DNA of 64,000 nucleotides from Azolla caroliniana (taxonomy: Eukaryota; Plantae; Polypodiophyta): the NCBI GenBank assembly GCA_043228905.1, contig JBHGNT010000014.1:6944001-7008000 (forward strand), given 5' to 3'. Shown here piece by piece: positions 1-11,588 of the stretch. A program made the position numbers and the translations under genes. Positions within the stretch are counted from its first letter, which is position 1; every line of letters begins with the position of its first letter. Under the pieces are notes generated by a model. That model was not told where the DNA came from, did not search any database, and saw nothing but the letters and a program-made list of their open reading frames with translations.

Positions 1-3000
1 AGGTACCCTTCGTCGGTCATGAAGGAGTCGAACTTCCGGTACCATTGCCGGGGAGCTTGCTTCAGTCCGTAAAGGCTCTTCTTCAACCGGCATACCAGGT
101 GCTCCTTCCCTTTCTTCTCGAATCCTTCCGGTTGCTGCATGTAGATCTCTTCATCGAGGTCACCGTGAAGGAATGCCGTCTTCACGTCCATCTGTTCTAC
201 CTCGAGGTCCATGCTTGCCGCTATGCTCAGCACCGTCCGGATAGAGGTCATCTTCACTACCGGGGCAAATATCTCGTCGAAGTCGACGCCCTTCTTCTGC
301 TGAAACCCCTTCACCACGATCCTGGCTTTGTATCTCGGGGGGTTTTCGGCATCTCCCGGTTTCAGCTTGAACACCCACTTGTTTCGAAGTGCCCGCTTTC
401 CTTTCGGCAACTCCACAAGTTCATATGTGTGGTTCTCATGCAGGGAATCCATCTCGTCCTGCATGGCACTCAACCACCTGCGGCTCTGGGTGTCATGCTT
501 TGCTTCTTCAAAGCTCTCCGGCTCCCCCTCGTCGGTTAGCAGCACGTGCTCTGGTTCCGGAAATCTCCGGGGGGCCCTTCTCTCTCTTAGAGGATATCTC
601 CGTTCGGGAGCTTCGGTAACCGGTTCTTCCGATTCTTCTTCTTCATCCGAATCCATTTCGGGATCGGGGCCGGTTCCGGTATCATTTTCATCTTCTTCAG
701 CCGGTTCTGTTTCTTCACCGTCTTCGGCCGGATCCTCGAGTGTTAACCGGTCCCTTGCCGGTCGGGACTGCTCCTCGTAGAGTTGATCCTCACCGGTCAA
801 CTTGGAGCTCTTCATCTTCTTCTCCGACTCCCAGTCGGCGAGTGTCTTGTCCTCCATAAAGACGATATCTCGACTCCTGAATATCTTCTTGTCGACCGGG
901 TCCCATACTCGGTAGCCGAACTCGTCGTCGCCGTAACCGAGGAATATGCATGGCCGGGTCTTCGGATCTAGCTTTCCTCTCCGGTCCTTTGCCACATGCA
1001 CGTATGCGAGACATCCGAACACCTTCAGATGCCGGTAGGATACTTCCCTACCGGTCCACACTTTCTGCGGCGTGTCTCCGTCCAAAGGTACTGAGGGTGA
1101 TCTGTTTATCACGTATGTCGCCGTCGACATTGCCTCAGCCCAGAACCCCTTGGGTAATTTCGCATGTGCCAGCATACTCCGGACCCTCTCCATTATGGTC
1201 CGGTTCATCCTCTCGGCCAGCCCGTTCAGTTCCGGCGTCTTCGGCACAGTAAACTCGAGTCGGATTCCCTTCGAGCGACAGTACTCCTGGAACTGCCCCC
1301 GGTATTCCCCTCCGTTATCCGCTCGTATTGCTTTCAGCTTCTTGCCGGATTCTCTTTCCACTCTCGCGTGGAGTTCTTTGAAGACGGACAATACTTGGTC
1401 CTTTGTCTTCAACGGTGCCGTCCACAGCTTCCGGCTGTGATCATCAATGAATGTTACGAAGTACTGGGCTCCGCCATGTGACTTCGTTTCTACCTGACAC
1501 ACATCAGTGTGCACCAACTCCAATGGTGCGCTACGTCTCGTCGGTGGCCTTGAGTGGAAGGAGGTCCGGTTTTGCTTACCGGCCAGGCAGTCGGTGCACT
1601 TCTCCAGGTGCACATGCTTCACTGGAATAAGGTTGTCTTCTGCAAGCCTCTTCATCCCCTTCTCACTCATGTGGCACAGTCTCTTGTGCCACAGCTCACC
1701 GGCAGTGTCGGCTGCCACATTCAGCTCTTCCGGACATAACCGGGCATTCATCAGGTACAGGGTGTTGTCTTTCCGGGCCCGAGCCACTATCAGGCTCCCC
1801 TTGCTGAACTTCATTACGCCGTTCCGGATGCTACCTGTGTAGCCTTCATCGTCTAGCCTCCCGGCCGAAATCAGGTTCAATCGAACCTCCGGAACGTGTC
1901 GGACATCCTTCAGCAGCATTTTGCATCCGGTCGGGGTTGTCAACCACACGTCTCCTATGCCGGCAATCCGGCACGTACCTTCATTCCCCATCCGAACACA
2001 GCCATGCTCACCGGCTGTGTAGGATGAGAAGTATTTTCTTTCCGGGGTCAAGTGGAACGACGCTCCGGAATCGACCACCCAGGTCGTCTCATCGCCGGCA
2101 ACGTTTAGTTCACCTTCTTCGGTGATGAGCATGATTTCTTCCTCACTTGCCGCGAGTGCCGTTGTTCCTTTCCGGTCCTGCCCTCGCCGATCCGAACCTC
2201 TCCGGTCCGTGGCTCCCCGGTATGCACCGTTTCTCTCCGGTGACTTCTTCGAATCGGTGTCGTCGGCTCCGTTGTCTTTTCGGTAATGCCGACAGTTCTT
2301 TCGGAAGTGCCCCGGCTTCCCACAGTGGAAGCATGTGGGCCTTCCTCTTGACTGCGACCGGGTCCCCGACTTCTCCCGTCTTTGCGGACTCCGGTTCCAT
2401 TGTCTTCCCCGATCCGATTCGGTAAGCAGCGCCTTCGAGTCGGAGGCCGGTTCTTTATCTCTCCGACGCGCTTCTTCGTTCAAAATACTCGTCTTTACCG
2501 TTTGTAAGGACAAGTTGTCTTCCGTGCAGGAGGTGCTGAGAGTCACCACCAAGTTCTCCCAGCTGTCCGGCAATGTACACATCAGGATGATGGCTTGCAT
2601 TGCATCCTCCAACGGGAACTTGATCGCCGCAAGTTGGTTCACGAATCCCATGAACGTGCTTACGTGTTCCACCATACTCTCGCCGTCCCGGTACTTGAGA
2701 TTCACAATCTTCCTCATCAGGGAGGTCCGGTTCAACGCATTCTTCCTCTCGTAGAGGCCCGACAGCTTCTTCCACATCTCGTATGCGTTGGTGTCGTTCG
2801 CCACATGTTGTAGGACGCTTACATCGACATATTGTCGGATCGTCGCTACGGCTTTCTGGTTCAGGAGCTTCCACTCCGACTCAAGTACCCCCTTCGGTAT
2901 TTCCGACCTGTCAATCGGTTCGTACAGGTCCCGAACAATCAGAAGATCCTCCATCTTGATCTTCCAGTCGGCGTAATTCTGTGCGTTCAGCACCATCATC

Positions 3001-3029
3001 CCCGGCTGCCCGCTGCCGCCGCCTTCCAT
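1..3029 (-). CDS. Copia Gag-Pol polyprotein, partial (open to the window edge)
   Basis: ATG at 3029-3027 (MEGGGSGQP...). Colinear with 45551-48580 (CCHC knuckle, VDSGA, integrase core, RT start). Absent from the ORF track, consistent with no stop before position 1. Confidence 0.9.
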   Translation of the reverse strand, partial: MEGGGSGQPGMMVLNAQNYADWKIKMEDLLIVRDLYEPIDRSEIPKGVLESEWKLLNQKAVATIRQYVDVSVLQHVANDTNAYEMWKKLSGLYERKNALNRTSLMRKIVNLKYRDGESMVEHVSTFMGFVNQLAAIKFPLEDAMQAIILMCTLPDSWENLVVTLSTSCTEDNLSLQTVKTSILNEEARRRDKEPASDSKALLTESDRGRQWNRSPQRREKSGTRSQSRGRPTCFHCGKPGHFRKNCRHYRKDNGADDTDSKKSPERNGAYRGATDRRGSDRRGQDRKGTTALAASEEEIMLITEEGELNVAGDETTWVVDSGASFHLTPERKYFSSYTAGEHGCVRMGNEGTCRIAGIGDVWLTTPTGCKMLLKDVRHVPEVRLNLISAGRLDDEGYTGSIRNGVMKFSKGSLIVARARKDNTLYLMNARLCPEELNVAADTAGELWHKRLCHMSEKGMKRLAEDNLIPVKHVHLEKCTDCLAGKQNRTSFHSRPPTRRSAPLELVHTDVCQVETKSHGGAQYFVTFIDDHSRKLWTAPLKTKDQVLSVFKELHARVERESGKKLKAIRADNGGEYRGQFQEYCRSKGIRLEFTVPKTPELNGLAERMNRTIMERVRSMLAHAKLPKGFWAEAMSTATYVINRSPSVPLDGDTPQKVWTGREVSYRHLKVFGCLAYVHVAKDRRGKLDPKTRPCIFLGYGDDEFGYRVWDPVDKKIFRSRDIVFMEDKTLADWESEKKMKSSKLTGEDQLYEEQSRPARDRLTLEDPAEDGEETEPAEEDENDTGTGPDPEMDSDEEEESEEPVTEAPERRYPLRERRAPRRFPEPEHVLLTDEGEPESFEEAKHDTQSRRWLSAMQDEMDSLHENHTYELVELPKGKRALRNKWVFKLKPGDAENPPRYKARIVVKGFQQKKGVDFDEIFAPVVKMTSIRTVLSIAASMDLEVEQMDVKTAFLHGDLDEEIYMQQPEGFEKKGKEHLVCRLKKSLYGLKQAPRQWYRKFDSFMTDEGY

Positions 3030-3043
3030 TTTCTGCAACAGTC

Positions 3044-3055
3044 GCTCTGATACCA
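3044..3055 (-). promoter_or_regulatory. Primer-binding site TGGTATCAGAGC (tRNA-iMet)
   Basis: + strand reads gctctgatacca, 3 nt from the LTR end. Confidence 0.95.
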
Positions 3056-3058
3056 GTT

Positions 3059-3672
3059 TGAAAGGAATAGGCCCTTCTAATCTCCTTCACCACTCGGCCA
3101 CAACCGAGTAAGCGCGAATCGATGGAGCAGAAAATAGGAACCACAAAGAGAAACAAAACGCGAGTACACAGGGATTAACGTGGAAAACCCTAGACGGGAA
3201 AAACCACGGGAGTACGAGACTCCAAACCAACACTATACAGAGAAGTATACAATGGCGAGCTGCAAGGCGACGACCTTGAGCTCGCTGTCCTCGCCACAGG
3301 CGGCGGAAATACACAGAGGCGTCTACCTCTTCGTCTCTCGCGCTCTATCTCTCTCTCTCTCTCTCACGGCTGCTTACACTTCACTCCTCTTGAGTGGAAA
3401 AACAGAAAAAATGAGAAGCAACAGTAAAACTGTTTGCCCTAAGTCATATTTATACTTATATGACTTTGGGCTATTTACAACTGTAGCCACAGGGGCCCAT
3501 AGCGAACATATTCACGGATATGTCCCTGCATCCGGATCGCTCTCCGGGTACATTCGTCATCCGGTACCGAAACCGGGGTCTTCGTCATCCGGTGCCGAAA
3601 CCGATACCGGGCTTGTCGGCATTCATCTCCGATATCCGACCATCCCATCCGAAAGGGACCGAAATCCCAACA
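3059..3672 (-). repeat. 5' LTR (614 bp) of the copia at 1-3672
   Basis: Starts TGTTGGGA and ends TTTCA on minus; contains TATAAATA box and (GA)n tract; homologous to 44923-45521. Confidence 0.93.
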
Positions 3673-6600
3673 GTCCTATATAAACTTGTGATAGAAATTT
3701 GCACATCTCACAACAAACAGGGAGTCTGCCACTCTACCACCGTTTTGACCTTCGCTGGATCCATGGAGATGCCTTTTGATGAGATGACATAGCCTAGAAA
3801 TTCCACCTGATTGCATTCAAAACTACATTTTTCCAGTTTTTCATAAATACCATGTTCTTGAAGTCATTTTAGTACTAATAGTACATGAGAATCATGCTCT
3901 TCTTGAGTCTTCGAATAAACTAGTAGATCATCCAAATAGATGATCAAACAGATATCCAAGAGAACTCGGAATATATCATTTGCCATGTGTTGGAAGACTA
4001 TTGACGCATTGGTGAGACCGAATGACATAACCGTATACTCGAAGTGCCTGTGTCGGGTGCAAAAAGCGGACTTCCATTCATCTCCCGGTCGGATCCGTAC
4101 AAGGTTATATGTGCCTCGTAAGTCAATCTTTGTAAAGAACTTTGCACCATTAATCCATTCTAAAAGACTTGAGATAAGGGGAAATGTGCATACCTATTCC
4201 TAATGGTGACCTTATTTAAGCCACGGTAACGTACGACAGGAGGAAGTGATCTATCCTTTTTCTTCACAAAGGAAATGGGTGCGCCGATTGGACATTTCGA
4301 ATGTCAAATGAACCCGTTCGCCAAATTCTCCTCTATGTAGGCTCGAAGGACTTCTAGCTCAATTGGTGAGCAGTTGTAGATCGGTCCCCATGGTGGCTCT
4401 TTTCCTGGGTGTAAATCAATGGGGCAATCATACGGTCGATGGTGAGGAAGAGTATTGGCTTTGACCTTATCAAACACGTCGGCATAATGACGATACGTCT
4501 TTGGAACTTGAACTATGGATTCCTCTTTGGTGGTGCTAGAAGGTCTTACTGATACTGTGAATACAAACATTGATTCCTTGCCTCCTTTGCATAGTTGATG
4601 AAGTGAAATGGTTGAAACCTTATGAGTAGATTCTCGGGGTTGTCGATACCGGATTTCTCTTGTTATCCAATCTATATCCGGATTGTGTAATTCAAACCAT
4701 GGTAACCCCCAAAAAATGGGATGTTCTGGATTACTAATTATATTGAATGATACTACACATGTCAAATGATCTAGGACAACACTAATTGGCTATGAACCTT
4801 CTACGATTTTTCCGGAAGCAATGGGGCGACCATCAATGACTACTACAGAGGTTGGGCAAGGGAGTTTTTTTAGGGATATCTTATGAGCTTGGGCAAAATT
4901 CTTATCCATGAAGCAAGAATTAGCTCCGGAATCTAGGAGTGCTAAGACATGTATTGAAGATATACTTTTAGTACTAATTGTTACTTCAACTAGGAAGACA
5001 TTGGTAACTTGCTTAGAGGGAATGAAACCACTAATGGGCTGCACAGATCTAGAGTTGTCCAACCTTTGGACTTAATCGTTTCTCTTCTTCTAGTTGACTA
5101 AGGATTTCAAATTTGTTTGAAAGGCTTGGGCTATTAGGACTATCAAACACGCCTCGAGAAATAGAATCAAGTTTAGTCCTATTAGTACTAGGGGTTATTT
5201 GATTTACCTATCTTCTTGGCCGATGGGGACAGTTCACTGCAATATGCCCTGGTCCACTACAATAAAGACATAATCTATTTGCTCAACGTTGTTGCTTTTT
5301 CTCTTCCGATAGTGGTCCGCGACGGTGTGTGGTGTCGATTTCCATTGGAGTGGGAGTATTTGCTAGAGACGCATTAAATGAATCCCTTGGGAAAGGCTTT
5401 GCTACAACTGAAGCTTAGGTGGGCTCCGATCTTGTCCTTGGGATTTAGAACTGACGTTCTGAATGTCATTCGAACAGACAATTATCTCATCGTACCGCGC
5501 GACTGGTTGCTTTTGTCAATGACTTTGTTTCTTCGGGGAAGGTCAAGAGCAAATCCTTGACATTGTTACGTAGGCCATAACGAAATTGCTCCGTTAATTC
5601 TTGGTCATCCCAGGGAATGTCGGTGACGAGAAGACGGAAATCCGCAGCATAAGCTAAGACTGGCCGATCACCTTGATGCAATCTTCGGATTTTGTTGATT
5701 GCCGTCCTAACACTATCTTTATCTCCAAAGCAGGCTTTAAACTTGATAATAAACTCTTCAAAATTATTTAACAAAGGAGAGTTTTTTTCTAACAAGGGGG
5801 CGAACCATGCCAAAGTCGTGCCACTAAGTAACGTGCCTACTAGCCCCACTCGTGATGCATCGGTGAGATATTGAGAATGATGCATTTGCATCACTAAACG
5901 TACCTGATTAAGAAATCCTCTAAACTGTGATCAGGTCCTGTCAAATTTTATAGGAAGAACGATCTTGGGTTCTTTGGGAGTCCCTTGAGTGCCTGATCCT
6001 TGTTGTCGTAATGACACAATAGTCGCTTCAAGTTGTTGCACACGTAATGTCAGCTTCCTGTGTTGTTCTTGTTTTTCTCGGGCTACTTGTTGAAGATCCT
6101 TTTCTTGTTCTAGCGCTACAAACTTTTCTTTTAAGCATTGGAGCTCGGAGAACACTGATTGGTATTCTTGAACGCTAATCGTTGCCATTTAGTAAGAGCA
6201 TAAGAGGATTTAATATGAATGGAGAGGAGGAATAAGAGGACGAGCAATTCAATTCAAACAATCAAGAATAGTACTGAGACAGAGAGGAAATTAGTACTAA
6301 GAGATGAGAATTAGTACTAAGAGGAGAAGAGGGTGTAGAACACTCGAGAGAAGCAGAGGGAGATTGAAAGAGAGAGGGAGACATCGAGAGAGAAAGAGAG
6401 AATGATGATAACAAAAGATATATTATATGAAAAGAATATACAAGGATACCTAGGAGGTTTAAGAATGGCGTTGAACTGAATTAGTTCGGAATAATGCCAA
6501 GTGCCTCTTTTTATAGTATGCTTAGGAGTACTCTTGATGTTTCTAGAATGTTCCACAGAAATATACAATATACATGGATTTCCTAAGTGAAATAATAGAT

Positions 6601-6714
6601 GGAAATAACATTTTTCGTTTAACAATGTATAACTTAATGGTAAGGCCCCAACCCATGGGACATAAAGTCATGGGTTCGAATCCTTCTAAGGCCATACCAT
6701 GGTATATCAGGACA
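3673..6714 (-). mobile_element. Decayed Ty3/gypsy chromovirus-type (Tcn1/Tf-like) element: LTR, gag, protease, RT
   Basis: gag fragments 6188-5487; CLYCSGPGHIAVNC knuckle ~5230-5275; LLDSGA protease (ORF 4790-5062); LPHHRPYDCPIDL (ORF 4304-4765); YLDD ~3927-3938; many stops and frameshifts. Putative LTR ~6275-6714. Confidence 0.9.
6630..6690 (+). other. tRNA-like module (A-box/B-box) inside a gypsy LTR, antisense to the element
   Basis: TAACTTAATGGTAAG at 6630-6644 and a perfect GGTTCGAATCC at 6673-6683, preceded by AAAGTC-AT; tRNA-like spacing. Confidence 0.65.
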
Positions 6715-7905
6715 ATTTTCGTCATCTACCGGCTGTTCCAGTGGTGGTGTCGGTATGCAATCATCCTTCTTCTCCGATTGTCGGTTTAGTGGTGGTGTGG
6801 GTATGTGATTATTCTCTATTTCTAGTTGTTGTATTCTCCTCTTGTGGCAATGGTGTCAGTATCATCGTTTCCGCCTACGATGTTGTTGTATGCTCAGTTC
6901 TGTGTTCCTCCGGTTCGTCCGGAGTATCATGACTAAAATGGTAGTTGGACTGTATGTTGTGTTTGTTGTCTAACTCTGACTCGAATACTGAAAATGCTTC
7001 TGAGTCCCCGACGGTTGTGGCTAGGGTTTGCAGTATCAATTCTGTGTCGCCCAAACTACTTAGACTGTTGCCTTCCTCTGAATGTCACTACATTTGCAAT
7101 TGGACTGTATGGTTTGCGACTTGTCGAATCTCTCTAGAAAAAGATTGATCCTATTGGATCTTTTTGGCGGCCTGTTGGTAGGCCTCCTGCCTCCGCAGCC
7201 TCGCGGTTAGTCTTCTCGCATATTCGGCAACTCCGTCTTCGTCGGTCTAGTCATCCACTCCCGGTCGTTCGCTATGCCATGCAAGAATCGTGATCGCCAA
7301 AACTATGTTTACTCTGGGCTGGACAGAGCCACAAACACAGGGGTGTCCGTTCCGGACACTTCACCAAATGGTTAGTCTTCTCGCATATTCGGCAACTCCG
7401 TCTTCGTCGGTCTAGTCATCCACTCCCGGTCGTTCGCTATGCCATGCAAGAATCGTGATCGCCAAAACTATGTTTACTCTGGGCTGGACAGAGCCACAAA
7501 CACAGGGGTGTCCGTTCCGGACACTTCACCAAATGGTGGTTAAGGGAATGATGTTATCTGACACATCCGATTCCAATCCGAGTATTTTCGAATACTCTCC
7601 AGATGATTAATGCACAACCGATTAATGAAATCACGTATAAGAGACACAATAGAATTAAAGTAGAATGCTCAAACTTGTATAATTACTTCCGCTGTTAATT
7701 ACATTGATTCTTGGATCCTTTTATAGGCATCCGGTTGGAAATATAAAACGATGAATTACCGGCTACCGGCTATCAATCGGTCCGGATCCAGATCGATACA
7801 ACTATTCCGGATCTGTCCGTTCAAATAATATTTCTAATTAATCTAATTATAATATCCAAGTCGTCCCTTTCTACATTTATCCTCTGGATCATACTCCGGC
7901 CAACA
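6715..7905 (-). mobile_element. Decayed LTR element 'family B' (probable non-chromoviral gypsy): ~372-bp LTR (7905-7534), leader and start of gag-like ORF
   Basis: LTR begins TGTTGGCC on minus. LTR, leader and ORF are homologous to 8800-9951 and 18790-20354. Confidence 0.7.
7205..7537. repeat. Perfect tandem duplication, 2 x 165 bp, GGT junction microhomology
   Basis: 7205-7369 identical by eye to 7370-7534. Confidence 0.95.
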
Positions 7906-7922
7906 CGGAAGGGATCCTAACA

Positions 7923-8799
7923 AAAATAGTGCTAATACCTCATCGACAAGAGCTACTTCTAGAGAGGTGGTTTGATTCATCAATCATTGGAAGGCATTAA
8001 TATGCTCTGCCATTCTGAAGCCGTCTTGATACGGGAGTCTCACGATTTTCCAGAAGACTGATACTTTGTTAACGACGTTTTTGTTTTTGAACATGACGCC
8101 GATCTTCTTCCATAGGACATCCATTTCTATTTCCTCACCAAATTTGTTGTACAATCTCATGTCTATATAACACCTTATGTCTGTTGCTGCCTTTAGATGC
8201 AACACTTCCCAAGTTGATGCATCTAATCTCGTCTAGCCTTTTATCTCCGAACTACACTAGTAGTTAGAAGTCTTTGCACACAAGAATGTTCTGCACCCTC
8301 GACTTCCAGACTGAATAGTTGGAGCCGGTAAGTTTGAACATCTCGTCGAATGAGTCTTCCATCACTTTGATACCACTTGTTAGGATCCGGACCGGCCACA
8401 ACCAGTTTCTCATATGTGTTCGGGTGCAAAGAAACGAGCAAGGGTAATGCACAAACAAAAAAACAAAAACGAGATAGATAGAGAGACACAAGATTTAACA
8501 TGGAAAACCCGAATCGGGAAAAACCACGTGGAGTCCACAAACTCCAAATTTGAAACTCTATCACAGTAATGATTCACACACACTCATATAGTTTGCCCTA
8601 GTTGTATTTATACTTATACAACTTTCTGCCTATTTACATCTATAGCCCACATGGGGCACATTCAAACTATTTACAAATAAAGTCATCCGAATCGGTTATA
8701 TAATCGATTCTCGATTTCGGCCTCGGCCGAATTACCCATTTACTTCATTCAATTCGGTTCATTCACTCCTTCCCATTCGTATTGACCTGCTATCCAACA
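7923..8799 (-). mobile_element. Decayed Tork-like copia 5' fragment: LTR (8799-8378), mutated Met PBS, gag remnant
   Basis: TGGTATCAAAG just after the LTR; gag peptides FKLTGSNYSVWKSRVQNIL and LWKKI...KIVRL.YQDG..MAEHINAF; LTR motifs shared with 44923-45521. Confidence 0.85.
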
Positions 8800-9951
8800 C
8801 GATCATACTCCTTTTTGAACTCTTTATGCTCCTGATACAACTTTTCACAGTCATCCATTTTTTCTTTGAGGCGTGGGTTTGCTTGCGCTTGCCAAAATTC
8901 TGTTTATCCTGGGCCGGACTTCAACCACAAACACAAGGTATCCCTTTCCGGAATACTTCTTCAAAGGTGTGGCCGAAGAGATGGATTAATGCTTCTTTAC
9001 ACTTATAAACTTATTCGGAACACATACATATAATCCGATTATAAGTTACACGCGTAAGATTAGAAATTGCAAGCACAGACAACAAGCACACCAGATAAAG
9101 CAACAAGACTTATATTACTCGCTCATTACTCGCTTCCTAATACATACAATCCGGATCCTTTATATAACTATCCGGTCTAGGTACGAAACAGTGCATTCAC
9201 TGGCTATCCAAATACAAAACGGTGTTGTGCCTTTCAGCGCCGGATCGTTGCATGAGTCGGGTGGGAACCGCTGGGGTTTTGGACTAGGAGGAGGAAAAGT
9301 TTAAGGCTAATCAGAATATGAAAGAGAAAGATAGGAATCTTGTGAATTTCATGCGTATAGTGTATTAGAATAATTAGTATTTAGAATCCAAGAAATCAAC
9401 CCAATTTTTTTAATAGATTGGAAGCCAGATAGAAAAAACATTCTGAAACACCCGTGTATAATGTATTAGATCAATATTTAGAAACCTAAAAAAATCAAAC
9501 ACTTTTACATTTTGCTTACCCATCCTTATATAGTGATGGGAGAGTCTAAGTTTACCACATGCAAGCATTATGTTTCTTTCTTTTTTCCTAACTCATGTGT
9601 TCATGCACACTACAAGTGCATGATTAGCTTTTTCTATCATGCTTTTCCTTCAACTCAAATGTGTATGCATGGACAACTTTTTCTATCATGGTTATCTAGA
9701 ATATTTACGTGGAATAAAGTTTTGTATAACTTTAATATTCGTAATGATTTTAGTGGTTTCTCCTATTTCTTTATACTTACTTAATAAGGTACTCCGTATA
9801 TATTTCACATAGTATACGAAGTATACTACGACAACGTTGTGTATCTAGATCGATATATCCGGATCAATCACTTCCTAATATATTTTATCTAATATCTATT
9901 ATTCGGCTTCTGGTTCACACCTATGGATCATACTCTCGTCTTTGGCCAACA
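8800..9951 (-). mobile_element. Family B LTR (9951-8968; ~369 bp after removing the nested insertion) plus leader
   Basis: TGTTGGCC...GGCCACA termini on minus; homologous to 7534-7905; split by the insertion at 9223-9833. Confidence 0.7.
9223..9833 (-). mobile_element. Solo LTR-like insertion 'family S' (611 bp)
   Basis: TG...CA ends; flanks ACGG / ACGT (4-bp TSD, 1 mismatch); both ends homologous to 36741-37528; CTATATAAG TATA-like box on minus. Confidence 0.8.
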
Positions 9952-10460
9952 CGACCATCTCGAACATCTACTACTCTGTTTGGAAAAGTGTCGGCAACCT
10001 CAGCTAAGTTTAAATCCAACCAAATGTGTATTCGGTGAAACAAGTGGTACGTTACTACGCCACATTGTTAGTCGGGAAGGAATTGTTGTGAACCCTGACA
10101 AAGTTAAGGCAATAATGGACGCACCACCGCTGACAAATGCTAAGGCATTAAGTCAATTTTTGGGCCAAATTAGATGTCATAATCGCATGATCAGATATTT
10201 GGCCAACGTTGCTACACCTCTTCGTACTACAGTGCACAAACCACCTTTTCTATGGTCGACAGCAGAATAGGATGCTTATGACTGGCTGAAGAAGATGCGC
10301 TCGAGAGTTCCAATCGTTTAGCCACCTGATTGGAGGAAAGATTTTCACATATTTGTAGATGCTTTGGACGTAGCAATTGGTTGTGCTCGCATGCAATTGT
10401 CGGAACCTAATTGATATCAACCCATCAATTATGCGAGTCGAAAGTTATCAACTGCAGATG
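9952..10460 (+). pseudogene. Gypsy RT thumb / RNase H remnant
   Basis: CLEKCRQ..LSLNPTKCVFG...HIVSREGI...PDKVKAI...FLGQI, then FHIFVDA; stops present. Confidence 0.85.
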
Positions 10461-10911
10461 CATGATGCATCACTAGATTCCTTTGTAAATGATGTCTATT
10501 CTCAACACCAATGTATCATGACATGGGACAAATGTGGAGGCTCGCGCTTCACACATTATACTACACATGTTGCACCTAACTACCAAACCACATTCTTCGA
10601 GGAAAGGGGCACAAGTGATGAGAGTGGTCTGCTATGCACACTTTTCCCTAAACATGTTCAAGAGTTTGAGTATCACACTTTGATACAATGCTCTGGCTTT
10701 GGGCATATTTGATCATGCTTTCCACATCTCGTTGACCAAGCCCAATCCTTGCACGAATTTCTCTCACAACCATAATGTGCACTCTTGATTGCAACATTCA
10801 CTAGTAAAGTTCTTGAATATTGAGAGTCGCTACTCACTTTCACACGTATCGTGTGAAATGTAATATTTTTGGTCTCATATGTCATATTTGACCTCCAAAA
10901 ATGATAATAGA

Positions 10912-10939
10912 ATATATATATATATATATATATATATAT
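10912..10939. repeat. (AT)n microsatellite
   Basis: Direct reading. Confidence 0.95.
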
Positions 10940-11119
10940 CTTAGTAACACTTTTATTATTAGTCAAAAACCTCAAACTGAGGTGAAAACCCACAAAAAAT
11001 AAAGAGAAATATACAAGTGTCGATTAGACACTAAAGAGCTTAGAAACACTCAAAGTAAAGATTGTAAATTTGCATTGCGATGCCTCTAATTTGCAGACAA
11101 TCAAATAGAGATTGCTTAA

Positions 11120-11122
<3 letters not shown>

Positions 11123-11156
<34 letters not shown>
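11123..11156. repeat. (TC)n microsatellite
   Basis: Direct reading. Confidence 0.95.
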
Positions 11157-11160
<4 letters not shown>

Positions 11161-11196
11161 TGTCTTCCTTTTGAATAATATCATAAGCCATGGATC

Positions 11197-11588
11197 TACA
11201 ACATAGAAGAAAAAAGCATGAGGGTAAAAATAGCAATATAATATTGTAGAAAAGAAAGTTATACAGGTGAGGGTGCGCCAAAAAAGAATATTATCACTTA
11301 GAGATATTGAATGCTTTGCTTTTTTGTCTTTGTCCTTCATGACCAAGAGAATATATATTTATACTAAATTGGCACAATACAAATTATATGTATACAACGT
11401 AGAAGAAAAAAGCATGAGGGTAAAAATAGCAATATAATATTGTAGAAAAGAAAGTTATATAGGTGAGGGTGCGCCAAAAAAGAATATTATCACTTAGAGA
11501 TATTGAATGCTTTGCTTTTTTGTCTTTGTCCTTCATGACCAAGAGAATATATATTTATACTAAATTGGCACAATACAAATTATATGTA
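11197..11588. repeat. Tandem duplication, 2 x 196 bp, 2 substitutions
   Basis: Units start at 11197 and 11393 (tacaac[a/g]tagaagaaaaaagc...). Confidence 0.95.

Larger units (their letters stand above)
1..3672 (-). mobile_element. Ty1/copia LTR retrotransposon (Tnt1/Tork-like), 5' part; 3' end lies outside the window; same family as 44923-50236
   Basis: 5' LTR 3672-3059 (TG...CA on minus), tRNA-iMet PBS, then gag-protease-integrase-RT. The reverse complement is near-identical to 45525-48580. Inserted into a gypsy RT/RNase H remnant that resumes at 3673. Confidence 0.97.

Noticed and set aside
45-3050. Many 60-185 aa ORFs overlapping the copia polyproteins (also 39190-42964 and 45530-49812)
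   Set aside because: Antisense or off-frame shadows of GC-rich gag-pol; their recurrence just reflects two copies of the same element.
3180-3683. 167-aa ORF antisense within the LTR (shorter versions at 44931-45457 and 49646-50172)
   Set aside because: Its frame depends on (GA)n length and is broken in the sister LTRs.
9223-9833. Helitron interpretation of family S because of the subterminal hairpin
   Set aside because: Ends are TG...CA with a 4-bp duplication, not TC...CTRR in an AT site.
10460-10900. Possible LINE 3' fragment or host exon
   Set aside because: No motif I can identify with confidence.
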